This document shows, in pieces, positions 50,782-63,191 of a DNA stretch of 64,000 nucleotides. Under the pieces are notes generated by a model. It had not been told where the DNA came from and ran no database searches. It saw nothing but the letters and a program-made list of their open reading frames with translations. The DNA lies in contig CM082577.2 of NCBI GenBank assembly GCA_040954595.2, positions 7,961,846 to 8,025,845 of the forward strand, in the 5' to 3' direction. This stretch comes from Balanoglossus misakiensis. Lineage: Eukaryota > Animalia > Hemichordata. The position numbers and the translations under genes were made by a program. Every line of letters begins with the position of its first letter. Position 1 is the first letter of the stretch.

Positions 50782-53094
50782 CTTGAATCACTCTGCGGCA
50801 CAAACCTGTGATGCACAACGGAAAATGCTTCAAATGAATAAATATGATTTACGACCCACGAGGTTATTATCCACACGTATCGCACTTGCCTATTTATACC
50901 TATGACTGTTGAAAGTCTGCGTCCATTGTGTACATGAGTGTTGTCTGATTTATGATCATCAATAAATGAGCTGTCATGACAACACTTCCAGTGTGGTGCA
51001 TTGTGGGATCTGGATTCAATGAATTTACTGAAAATGTCTATCATGGCTTCAAAGAATGTTTATAGAGGGTAATCTTCAGGTGGTTATTTATATCCTACAC
51101 TGTACATAAAAGCAAGACAATCTCTTCAGCATAACAACTCTAACACAATGTTTAATCGTATTGAGATCACCAGCAAAATACCTGTGTATCACAATTACTT
51201 TTTTCACCACAGCTGACCTCCAATATAATACATCAGAGGGTCATCTTGTTCTTTAAGATTTGTAGTCACACATCTTCGCAATGAAATTGATGTATTCATA
51301 TTAATGTATGAATTGAGCAGTTTAGTTGTTTCAAATAATTACTACACAAACTAGTGTGCTTTCTTATATTAATGTGTATCATATTCTAATGTAATTGGGA
51401 TAATAACGTTGAAACATCGTTGCATTGTGTGTTTACAAACAACTGATGTCATTACATCAGTTGAATTCCTTGATCATTTATTGATGAAGACCTGGCCTAT
51501 ACAGTCAGACCGGTTTCATGTATACCCCACTTGCAGTAAATGCTTCCAAGATGTATCTTTTCTTTATTCGTAATGGTTAACTTTCAGAGAATTGTAACAT
51601 ACTTGAAAACACCTGAGTTCGCTACTGATACCATGTGAAGGTTGAAAAGAAATTCCTTCATTTCTCGTCTTGACTCAGTCTTTACACATTGTGTTTGTAA
51701 GACAGTACGTTACAGATAACACATGGAGTATGTACACCCTTTGAGATCTTATTTTCTGTGAAGTTGACCAAACAACAGTAGCTGATATATTTATGATACT
51801 TGTAATTTTGAAAGCGTGATGGTGTATGCTGAGCACTCATGCAGCGCGCGTGTCAATCGAAAAGCAAATTTTTAGTGGACACAGTTTCCTTTTGATAGTA
51901 ACATGATCATCCTTTCTGTAAATATGATGAATAACGTTGGGCTGTGTTGTACCGTTACCAAGTTGGGCAACAGAGCATAAAAATCCCCTTGAGACAATAT
52001 GGGGGAAGATCATAGCATCGCCCACTACTGTATGCCTTGTCAGGAGCGCTTTTCAACAACAACCATTCAATCGATGATCAAGGTCAAAGACAGAAATACA
52101 GATTACGGTACCTTTAAATGGGCGTTCAAAGTCCGATTCCTCTGTAAATGATTGTCCGGTATATCTACCACTGTTTAAGTACGCGTCGATTTAAAAAAGA
52201 AGCGGTCCAGTTTCAATGAAAATCACAAACGTCGCTTCGACTGATGTTCACACGTTAACAACAGTATTCCCTACCAGGGCCCATCCCCATACTCCAATAG
52301 GTAAACTTGAAATCAGATTCACATTCTTGGCAGGCGAGTAATGATTCTTGCATTGAATAAACAGCTAAAGAACCGTATTTATAACAGCGCTCAGTGCGTT
52401 TAAAAGTATTTATTGAGATACAAGAGTGTGATATCTTTGAGGTATACAGTCTACTCGTTGTTGGATGATTAGTTACTGAATCCTTGCATCCAAACATCCC
52501 TGAATATGGTTCATCTGCACTCTTTGATCATCCGTTCATTTCACCAGTTACACATGGAGGAGTGATGCAAACCGGGGGTGTCATGAAAATAATACCAACA
52601 CCTATAAACAAACACATTGTAGCTGCCTAAGTGTGGTCTAATTTCAAGGAAAGGAAAACTCGAAGCCGGGGGAAATGTCTTTGTCATCATTTACCGATAT
52701 ATCGTGTATATTTTTAAGACGTACTGAACACAAAACTGCACACTTTGACACCGACCATTTCATTTGCATGCATCAGTTTGGCTCCGAACGCTGGTGGCGG
52801 GCATAGAAGGTCGCGGGCGTGTAATTTTCGATTATCGCAAAGGATGCGTCTTTAATTTTTGCTGTTTGTTAAGTTGTTTTTCCCCAATAAAGATTCACTC
52901 TACCTTGGACTACACTGTACTTGTAGAGTTCATTGACCTGAAGGTCATAATCTATTGCGCATGTGCGTTTTTAACAACCGCCATTTTCAAAATACACAAA
53001 ACGCGAAGACTGCGCCGAGAAAGAAGTGAAGCCATTAAAACTCCTTTTCTCATCTACCTACCTTGGTAACGAAGTTGTGAAGTCGGTAACCGAA

Positions 53095-53332
53095 ATGGAT
53101 GAAGCTGATGTGGAACGTCATGATTTTTCAATGAATTTGGAAACAGACAGACTGGCCACGTTTAAAGATTGGCCTTTCGATGAAAACTGCAAATGCACTC
53201 CCGACAAGGTATAAATTCACATGATGTACCCTTCTAACTCCATGATGAATCATTATGCATATTGCTTATCTAAGTGTTGAGGAAGACTGATTTTCTTTTT
53301 GTACTTCTCAAATTTAATCATAACCTCTGTAT

Positions 53333-53375
<43 letters not shown>

Positions 53376-54445
53376 TTATCAAGATGGCAGCTGCAGGATT
53401 CTTCCACTGCCCAACAGAACAAGAACCAGACCTTGTCAAATGTTTTGTGTGTTTCAAAGAACTTGATGGTTGGGAACCAGATGATGACCCATGGTCAGTT
53501 TTTTTTTTTGATCAGTCAATATATTCTGTAATCCAATTATTTTGTTTCATTTTACAACAACGCAGGTGCAATCATGCAACTGTTGACTAGTCTAGAATCC
53601 AGCTAGTGCTATCTAAGGTTAGCTGCAATGATTGTACAGTAGTGGGTGCTGCACCACTCAACCTAGCAGCACTCGCTACAATCATTGCAGCTAATCTACA
53701 AAATGTAAGGTGTGTAACTTGCTGCTCAATGTGCAGCATTGACTATTAGTTGTTCGAAACTTGAAGACAAAATGGAGACAAATGTCTACTACAGAACCCC
53801 AGGCTGACAGAACCCGAAGAGATACTGGCTAGATTCTAGACTAACTGCAGCCAAATTGGGTCACGACGACGTCTTTGTGCAGATTTAGAAATGATATTAT
53901 TTCATTTTGTCTTCAACAGGGATGAACACAAGTCTCACTCCGGACAATGTGCATTCCTTGCACTGAAAACTAAAGATGAATGCACTATGTCAGAGTTTTT
54001 AAAACTTGAATCCAAACGTCAACAGAACAGATTTGTAAGTAAAATTGTACTTTTCATATCTGTGGGTTGAAACAGGACTGTAATATGCTCTTTTTATACA
54101 CACCTCAGTGTTTGACGTAATTTAATTGCATTGTTTTGAACAGCATTGTTTGGAAAATTCTGAAAAGTCCTGGAATTCTGTCACAGCTGGAAGGTTCTTC
54201 AAGATCCTGGAAATAAAGTTTACTCCTGAAATGTTGTGAAAAATTTATCTTAGATGCCAATGGTGCAATATATTGATTATAGTGCAAAAATTAGATACAT
54301 TTAGATAAAATTGCTGTGAAGTCGAATACTCCCTGATTACCTAATGTTTTCATGTTATTTACAGATGAAAATCGTGGAAGCCAAAATAAAAGAATTCAGG
54401 GAACATGCCAAGGATGTCAGGGAACAGATGGAACTTTTAGTGTAG
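53095..54445 (+). CDS. BIRC5: Survivin (single BIR domain IAP), 139 aa, exons 53095-53208, 53384-53493, 53920-54034, 54365-54445
   Basis: [10 protein letters not shown]...[49 protein letters not shown]...CAFL followed by a C-terminal helix. Four-exon structure in frame. Confidence 0.95.
53330..53377. repeat. (ATTT)n microsatellite abutting the BIRC5 exon 2 acceptor
   Basis: Direct inspection. Confidence 0.9.
53588..53843. mobile_element. MITE-like element with TAG...CTA termini in BIRC5 intron 2
   Basis: 20-bp TIR tagtctagaatccagctagt / actggctagattctagacta with 2 mismatches, plus an internal perfect 18-bp inverted repeat (53619-53636 / 53678-53695). Confidence 0.7.
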
Positions 54446-56130
54446 AATAATAACTATGTACCAGACAGTCACCTTGTGAATATTAATGACCGACCAACTT
54501 GTTAGACTGCAATTAGAGTGCACTATGAGTTTATTTATTGTAAACAGGGACCTGAACAGAACAGAAGAACTAGTGAAATATTGAGAATTTTTTTACTTCA
54601 TGACCGAGGGCCATCATAGTATTGGGTCAGCTATGAATAGAGATGTTTTAGAGTTGATCTATCATCTTGTATGTGTATTGAAATTAAGATTGTTGAGGAT
54701 ACATTTTCACAACCTGTACACGACCTTACTACTATGCATTTCCGACTCTGTTACCAGAAAAATATATGCTTTTGATTAACCAATGATATAAACAGTGACA
54801 GTTCACTAGTCAGCACACATGGTTGGCTGTAGAGTACAATAATCACAAGATGAAATCTCAGACAGGGTCTAAGGATTACAAATATGCAGTTGTAGTGTGT
54901 GTAATTTATGCAGATATGCAATCCAAAATACAAATGTATAGTGTGAACAATAAAATTAGTTGAATAGGAAGAATAGACAATATAGTCAGGAACAATTCAA
55001 CTTTTGTTATATAATATGTATATTTTGTTATTAGTACCGTAGTATAATTTTTTTTCTAATTTTCTCTTTTCATGACTGCCAGCTTTTTGTGTTTTGTTAT
55101 ACAAGCTTATGGGTGAGGAGTAGGGGGTGTGTGCTAAGAAACCGACCCTTGACTTGAAATATTCCGGGCCAGTCATTTCTTTTGAATGTCAAAATAATCA
55201 CTGCCACAGAAAGAGAAAACTGTTTATATGTGCCGGGTTTTTGATCCAGTTGATTTTTTTTCTTACATAGACCAATAGACATTTTTTGTTCTTTGGAAAA
55301 TATTGTTATGTTGAAATAAAAAAAAATAACTATATTGATTTTCTGTCACCCAAGGGAAACTCAAACCTTATCACAAGTTGAAACACCAATTTTCTCTCCA
55401 TATTTCAACCAAATTTTCAAGCTTCTTTGAATGACTCCCCTGCAGGGAACGATATATATTTTTCTGCTCACTATTTCCCGACCAGCCATAGGTAATAGGA
55501 GTACATACTTGTTTCATGTGTCAGTGTCAACACACTAAATCTGACTGCCTGTTAGGATTACCTGGTACCAATCTGATTAAAATCATATGTAGGGAATGGC
55601 GACGTCTTTTACTTAAGCGGTATGGTATTCTGATGCTAAGAAAACTGTATTGCTTAAGTAAAAGACGTCAGATTTCAATTAGATTGACTCGGTACTGTAT
55701 TCTAGCCATATTTCTGTTCTCTAATTAAATAACCAAATAAATTTTTGAGCAGTGGCTGCCACTGTGGAAATGTTTTGATCACAGTATTTACAGAAAGACT
55801 ACATGAATGCTTTTTATGAAATTGTGGCATAAAACATTTTATTACAACTTGTTTCATAATCAAAACTAATATATATACAATCTAAAATAATCCAGAAATC
55901 GCTAATTTTCTACACAGGTACTTATGTCTGCCTTGTCACAAACACAGATCAAATATTTCTGTCATTTATGCTTGATGGAAAGAAATATACAATTTATCAA
56001 TATAAATGGGAAAATTTCCAAGAAAGGAATGTGTACATGTTAGTAAATGCAGTGTGCATTCTCGATTTCATAAAGATGTTGCAGAGAGTCGATAGTTTTT
56101 TTCTAAAGTCAATGTTTCACCATTTCAGAG

Positions 56131-59100
56131 CTATGCCCTTGCAGCTTTCGCTTGTTCAATTTTCTTCCTGAATCCGTTTGTGTTGAGCACAAGTTCAGCG
56201 TGTTGTCTTCTCAGTGTTTCCAGTTTCTGTCTGAGGTCCTCCCCTTCGTCCTTCCTCTCTTCGAAGTCTCTGAGAAGAGGTTCGTTGCCGAGAAGTCCGG
56301 ATTTCTGCCGCAGTCGGTGGTTGTCGATCCTCAGCATATCCCTGGCCTTCTTGGTCCTCGATAGAATATCTCTCTTCTGTGAAAACGAAAAGCACGGGGC
56401 AAAATGCGAGTGTCAGAGATTTGTGAATCACACACTCTTATGCAAACAATGAAGTACGCACATTGCAGTGCATGGTGGACACCCTTCTCAAAAGTCTAGC
56501 GCCCTCATGCAGCAATCGTGAATTTGAACTCAAAGCGAGGCCAATGGGGAAAGTCGACCAATCACATCAAGGAGATTTTCAAGATCTACTCACCTGCGCA
56601 ACTAATGCTTCCACGTCCTTCAATCGCAGTTTCTGCACCTGATTCTCGGCCTGTACAAACTGTAGCTTCTCTTTCAAATGAGTCAATACTTGCACAGTGC
56701 TGGTGATCTTCTTCCTGAGTTTCAAAAGTTCCTGCAGAAATCAAGCAAGCAAGCGGTCAGAACACTTAGCATTAAACTTTCATGGGTTTGGCATGAACCA
56801 TGGTTGAGAAACAGTTAATGTAATACAAGTAAGATGTAACACCTACCTCATTCCTTTCCTCAATCTTCTCATTGTAAGTTTGATTTTCAATCTTCAACTG
56901 TTCAAAGTCAATGAGATGCAGGCCCTCTGCCAGTTCCTCCTTGGCTTTCAACTGCTGCTCTCGTTTCTTCAGTCTGTTTTTCAGTTTGATGTTTTCCAGC
57001 CGTACTTGTACAACCTCCACTTCCTTCTTTGATTCGTTGCTAAGATACTGCTCTACATCCTGTGTGAAAGCAAAAAAAAAAATGACACACATTGTTTTAG
57101 CTCTTAGTTTAACATAATTCTGTTTTGTTTAAACACAGACTTACATTCATTACAAGACAACACAAACAGACCTCAATGACATCTCCAGAAAACTGAATTA
57201 CTGTGTTTCCACCCTATCAACACTCTGATTGTTATCTCGGTATATTTACCCTTTCCAGAATCGGCTTTCCCGATCTGCTGTTCAAAGCCGACAAGGCAGA
57301 CTGTCTCTTGAATTCTGTGAATTGTTTGTGTTCCTCAGCCACCATTTCTTGTTTCTCTGATCTCTTGTCTTTCAGATCCTCAATCTGGAGCTGGAATTCT
57401 TCTCTCTGATCACTGTCCTCGTGTCTCAGTTCTTCAAGATTTGCTGCCAATGAAAAGTAACAGTACATGAGACTTCTGATTGAACGCCTCAAGAAAGCCA
57501 GTTTGTGATTGGCTGATGCCGCATTCACATGTGTCAATAGCCAGTGCCATTTCACTATTGTCACTTTTACATACTTCCAAAAATGTCACATATGTATAAG
57601 AGGCAACTCACTATTTGTAGCCAGTTCTTGGACTATTACAGCACTGTCACTTCAAGCTGTAAATTCTCCTTGTCGTCAATGTCATATTTATAATTGCGAA
57701 CTGTATCAAAAACTTCTTCCTACATTCAGTTTCTATGGCTACCTGATGTGATTGATTTCTCTAGTTTATTGATAACAATTACATGTATTGACAGATGTTA
57801 ACTCACACATATATTTCAAGTATCTCTGTTCCTGATCTGTGACATTTTTGTCCATTTCTTGCCGGTTGTCGTCGGTCTTTTTCTTTCTGAAGTACTCAGC
57901 CAGCTTGTGTTGGAGCTGGAAGTTTTGATTGGTCAGCTGTTCACGTTCTGACATGGCAGCCTGCAGACGAGAGGATATATGGGAAATGTAATGTTGGCAA
58001 ACAGATCATAACTTTATACAGCCCCAAAATGTATGGAAACCAATTTTTTTTTATTTTGTGTCACCAGTGAAATTGCTACAGCTGGTAAGACATGACTATG
58101 AGCACTGTACAGTTCATTAATAATTTACGACTAAATCATTGGATGGCAGGAGTCAATGAAGTATGACTTCATTTAAAATTGAAAGCTCGGAAAATGCCAT
58201 TTAATGGGATTAATTTTCTGACAACAATAGCAACATGACAGTAATGTCCTGTCACAGTAATGTCCTGCACCATAATGTTTGCGTAGAAATGTGCCAAATG
58301 TAGTCCCCATGCAATTCTGACATCTGATTACATAAAGCACTGTTTGTGGGTGTCTGCAATGCAGTGTCAGAATTACGCCTCACACATCTATGAACACAAT
58401 TGATTGGCTTACATGGTATCTTTCTATAAGTTCCTCTCTGCTGATCATCGGCTCTTCGTCCTCTTCTTCGTAGTATTCTTCTTCATCCTCTTCTTGAAGT
58501 GGAGATTCTGTTGAACCAAACACAAAACAGGATGTGAATCCTACATGTGTATATAATGAAACGTAACTTACAATAGTCTGAACCATCATTTGTTCTGATT
58601 TTAATTTAACAAACACTTTCTATATGCCCATGATGATAAATGGAGTACACTGTCACCATTTCCGGGAGGACTCATGTTGGTTCAACCCCAATGTTTACAA
58701 TGATACTAGTGGTAAGTGTGCCCTCTAACAAGTTTTGAGTCAATTTGAGGATTTATAAAAAATCTCTGAGTCAGCCCTATACCTTTGCATGTATATTTTC
58801 TTGAGTCACCAGTGAGTTTGTTGAGTCAGTGGCACGTCAAATGGGCTTAGAGGGCACACTGCTAGTGGTCCTGCATGGGAGATCAAAATCAAGAACTCTA
58901 TGTGGCCTTACCTCTTCTTTCGGGAGTTCCAGGTTCTAGAGGCTGAGGTGAGGCTCTGGGACTGGCTTCTGGCGACAAAGCCTCCCCTACTGCAGCAGCC
59001 TCTGCAACAGTTTCCTCTCTCTCACCCTCAGCAAATGTGTCACTCTGTGGGATGGGGGACTTCTCTCGCCCCTCACCTTCCTCCTCCTCCCCTTCTTCGG

Positions 59101-60700
59101 GAATGGCATCAATGTCTTTTTTCTCCGCCGCCGTTGCCTCTTCTCCCTCCTCTTTCTTTTCTTCGCCCTCGGCTTCACCTTCACCCTCTGCTGGTGGTTC
59201 CCCCTCCCCCTCAGCAGCAACAGCTGCACCCTCCCCCTCTGGCTTCTCTTCTCCCTCTGCTGCAGCATCAGCACCTTCTGCTTTCTCCCCTTCCTCCCCG
59301 GCAGGCGCCTCCCTTTCTACACCCTCAGCTTCTCCTACAATTTGCGATAAAACACAATCACAGTTACTCCAGAGTTCGAATTCTCAATGCATAATTCTCT
59401 GTAACTGTGGTAGGCCCCTATAATAACATTCTTTGTGTAATATCTCTGTCTGGGTACGTTTTCAGAGAAAACTGGGGGAAAAACCCACAACTTTAATGAA
59501 TTCTTAATGAATAACAGCTGTGTTTTTCGAACTACTAGTATTATTTTAACCCGGTACATACAGAACACAGCAGATGGAAAAGAGAGAATTTTATAAGCCT
59601 CCGTGCATTACAGATCAAAAATGCTTTGGAGAGAATTTTTTAGTACTGTGTGACTGATATGGATCTACCTTCTGCTGGTGCAGGTTGTTCACCCTCTGCA
59701 GCTGCCTCTCCCTCAGCTGGAACTGCCTCCTCCCCCTCAGCCGGGACAGCGGCAGCAGCTTCCTCCCCCTCAGCTGGGGGAGCAGCATCGGCCCCTTCAC
59801 CTTCAGTGGGAGCATCAGCTGCCTCCCCTTCAGTGGGGGCAGCTGCACTTTCTTCCTCTCCTTCAGCGGCTGTTTCTCCCTCCGCTGCTGCGGGCTTCTC
59901 TTCACCCTCTGTCGGTGCTGCATCTGTGGTATCTGCTGTTGATGTAAACAAAAATCTGTTAATTAATGACCACATCATATTAACTGTAAATTTTCCCATC
60001 ACTATTTATAACCATCATCTGGATTTTCTATTTCACACAGAGCACACTCAGTTATGTCAATGAACACACTATGGATACACTGCATAACACTCCTCCAGAA
60101 AACGTATGTTTAATTCCTGACCTGCAGGTTGCTCTTCAGTGGGTCCTGCAGTCTCTTCCGTTTCACCACCACCTTCAGCTGCCGCTGGTGCTTCCTGCTC
60201 ACCGGCATCTGCTGCAGGGGCATCTTGGACCTCCTGGGGTGCCTCTGGAGCTGCTTCCTATTGGAATGGAAGAACATGAACAAACATGGCATTTATCATT
60301 TGTACTTACTTGGCTGTGGGACCAAATTAACCTCTGCTGATTTTGGTGATGGGAATAATACATGCCACCGCAAGAATGACACCAGTAGAACTATGCCCCC
60401 CCCCCCTCCCCTCCCCCATTTCACATCTAGCCTGATACACATAGTCTCTCAAGTCTCATTCTATCATAGACAGTCTATGATTCTATCCAACACTAGTGCA
60501 CTAGTTTGTTTATGGCACACTGACTTTTTAATACACAGTGTAAACTTCCAGATTGCTAGTTGTGTGTTTAGTTTACTATATGTCGTGATATGAGAAGAGA
60601 CACATGTACTTGTCTGGCGCGATCAGAATGTTAGGAACGGGGCAAAAGCATCCCCATTCAAAATAAAAATCTCTGCCCTCCTTACCTGATCGTCCGCCAT
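56131..60700 (-). CDS. CCDC96: Coiled-coil domain-containing protein 96 (CFAP184, DUF4201), ~626 aa, 10 exons (60686-60700, 60122-60257, 59669-59935, 58912-59334, 58413-58507, 57807-57960, 57250-57443, 56847-57059, 56594-56731, 56131-56376)
   Basis: QLQHKLAEYFRKKK, EQRYLKY, VRLENIKLKN, EELAEGLHLIDFEQLKIENQTYNEKIEERNEELLKLRKK and GLLGN..LLRDFEE. Acidic low-complexity N-terminus. Exon phases are consistent (1881 nt). Confidence 0.9.
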
Positions 60701-60935
60701 GTTGCTTCCAAACGCTGTTGTCATGGATTATCACGTGACCACAACATTCATTACTGGAGTGGTGACATTCTTGCAAACAAATGGATCAATCTCGCGTTAT
60801 TCCACGAGACGTCATTATTTTACCGCGAAAATTTGATTTTGCGCCATCAGTAGCGTCAGTGGCGTCAGTTTCTGTTGTGTACATTACCTTTGTCGATTTC
60901 TCCTGCAATTTCTTTCCTAAATCGCTTTTAGCAAA
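60701..60935. promoter_or_regulatory. Probable bidirectional promoter CCDC96/TK1
   Basis: The start codons diverge only 235 bp apart. The region is CpG-rich with an E-box tcacgtga (~60731), CRE-like gacgtca (~60809) and E2F-like ccgcgaaaa (~60823). Confidence 0.7.
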
Positions 60936-63019
60936 ATGATGTCCTGCGTGAGCACAACACCAATAGTTCCTAATTGTAAGAAAGGACAAATTCAGGTGAG
61001 ATTTATGCGCTTTTCATATTTTTTTTACTCGATCACAGGACTGTGATAGTCTCTTTGCTAGGATTGTACATTGTACTTTGTCGGCATTTTGTTCCCAATT
61101 GGGTTTCGTGTGAATTTCTTGTATTCAGTTATACAAAATCTGATATTTCCTACCATTATTCATTGTACATGGGATTTCCTTTTCCTTGTTGCCACCTGGC
61201 ATTTTTAAAATCACGACTTCGATGAAGTTCATGAATGAAATGATGAAGCAGCAATGCGCAAAAAGCTTCAGGTTGTCGACATTGTTTTACTGTTGTATAA
61301 TTTGTGAAACACTCACTGTGACTCAGTATAAACACCAGAAAATAACTGTAAATACATTACCTTTAAATTTCAGGTTATATTTGGGCCAATGTTCTCAGGG
61401 AAAACGTAAGTCATGTTAATTATTTTTGCATTACTGCTATATGCAAATTATTAGCACAGGGAATCCACAGCCAAGCATTTTAAGGGGCTAACATGTGCAG
61501 TATGTCTGCTCGCTGGGTTGTTGGCACGTGCTTACATATACCAGCTAAAGTGACAATTTAGAGTTAGGAACTGAATTTTCTATGTTTTTCTTTCCTCGCA
61601 GAACCGAATTAATCAGACGCATCAAGAGATTTCACATAGCCAATCATAGCTGTTTAATAGTAAAATATGCAAATGATGACAGATATGACAAAAATGGAGT
61701 TGCCACTCATGACAGGTGAGTTGTCAATTCACAGTTAATTCCATGAATTGAGTCTAACAATTCTAAATTACTGGTAACGAAGTCAAAGAATATCTTTTCT
61801 TATCCATTATTCAAAGAAGCATTTTATTCTCTCCCGTTACTTGTTTGGCTTCCAGGGAAGTGAAGGCAGCAGTTGCAGCCACAGAACTCCACACGATTAG
61901 GACAACAGCTTTGAAGTATGATGTCATTGGCATTGATGAAGGTCAATTTGTAAGTATTTTCTTTCCTCAACTTGCATTTTATTTCCACTTGGTACAAATT
62001 ACTAGGATTTCAATGTTTCACTGTTATTACGACAAGCAAGAGCAACTTGGGGAAAATTGAAATTCAAGCTCTGCTCTTGATAAATGTTTTGATATATGTG
62101 TAATGTTTTCCTTGTAGTTCCCTGACACTGTTGAATTTTGTGAGGAAATGGCTAACAAAGGAAAGAAAGTCATTGTAGCTGCTCTGGATGGAACATTTCA
62201 AAGAAAAGTAAGTTGCAGCTAATCCGTCCCATATATCATAATAGGGTCACCTCTAATTTACATATGGTCAAAAGGACATGTCATAGTCTTTGAATGACCG
62301 TGTGGTTCACCGTTGCTCACAGTGTATTTATGTTCAGCTATATGTTGCTGCATCACTGATGTACCACATCTTCAATATGTTCTGTTATTGCACAGAAAAT
62401 TATAATGACACTTTTTTTTCTACTTTTACCATCAGGGATTTGGCAATATATTGAATCTGGTACCTTTAGCTGAAAGTGTGATCAAGCTCAATGCTGTTTG
62501 CATGCATTGTTATAATGAAGCTGCCTACACAAAAAGGATAGGAGCAGAAACTGCTGTAAGTCTTCAAGAAAACCAGTCTCAGTTCAAGTGTGGAAATTCT
62601 ATTCTTCCGCTCAACACATTGTTGTACTACTATTTATTCATTTACCGAATAATGATTGGGAACTGAGGGTGAAAGGGTTAAAATGGTAGAATAATGTCAT
62701 CATCTGACTCTCAGAAAATCAACACTACCATTGTGGTGATCACTCTTACTACTCCCCCCCCCCCCCCCCCCCACCAGAGGGCGATGTTGACGGTTCATCT
62801 CTGTCATGTTTTTTTCCTCAGGTTGAAATCATCGGTGGAACTGACAAGTATCTGGCAGCTTGCCGGGAATGCTTCAGCAAACCAATCGACTCCAAGGAGG
62901 AGACGCCACTTCAGAATGTCTCAGGGAATGCCAAGACAAATGGGAATGTTCAAAGTAGAAAGTTGTTCAAAGACTCTCCCAAGAAAAATAAGAAGGAAAA
63001 CAGACATGTGGAAGCATAG
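60936..63019 (+). CDS. TK1: Cytosolic thymidine kinase 1, ~235 aa, 7 exons (60936-60995, 61374-61405, 61602-61715, 61856-61949, 62118-62207, 62436-62555, 62822-63019)
   Basis: [21 protein letters not shown] (P-loop), [34 protein letters not shown]...[16 protein letters not shown] zinc lasso, and a C-terminal KEN. Confidence 0.96.
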
Positions 63020-63113
63020 TGTGCATGATGTCAAGTTTTTTTTTAATTTATAATTTTATTGTTTTAAAGGTTACACTGTCTGTAAATGTAGGACCAGGGA
63101 TTATATGGAATCG

Positions 63114-63191
63114 TAGCCTAGTACCTCGCCGTATTTTGTCCACTTTGCTTTTGGAAGCAAATCGGACAAAATACGGCGAGGTACTAGGCTA
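63114..63191. mobile_element. 78-bp hairpin MITE with perfect 28-bp arms downstream of TK1 stop
   Basis: tagcctagtacctcgccgtattttgtcc / ggacaaaatacggcgaggtactaggcta, with flanking 9-bp direct repeat atggaatcg / atggaatct. Confidence 0.8.

Noticed and set aside
58900-60063. Several Ser/Pro/Ala-rich or Leu-rich + strand ORFs
   Set aside because: They are antisense shadows of the low-complexity CCDC96 exons.
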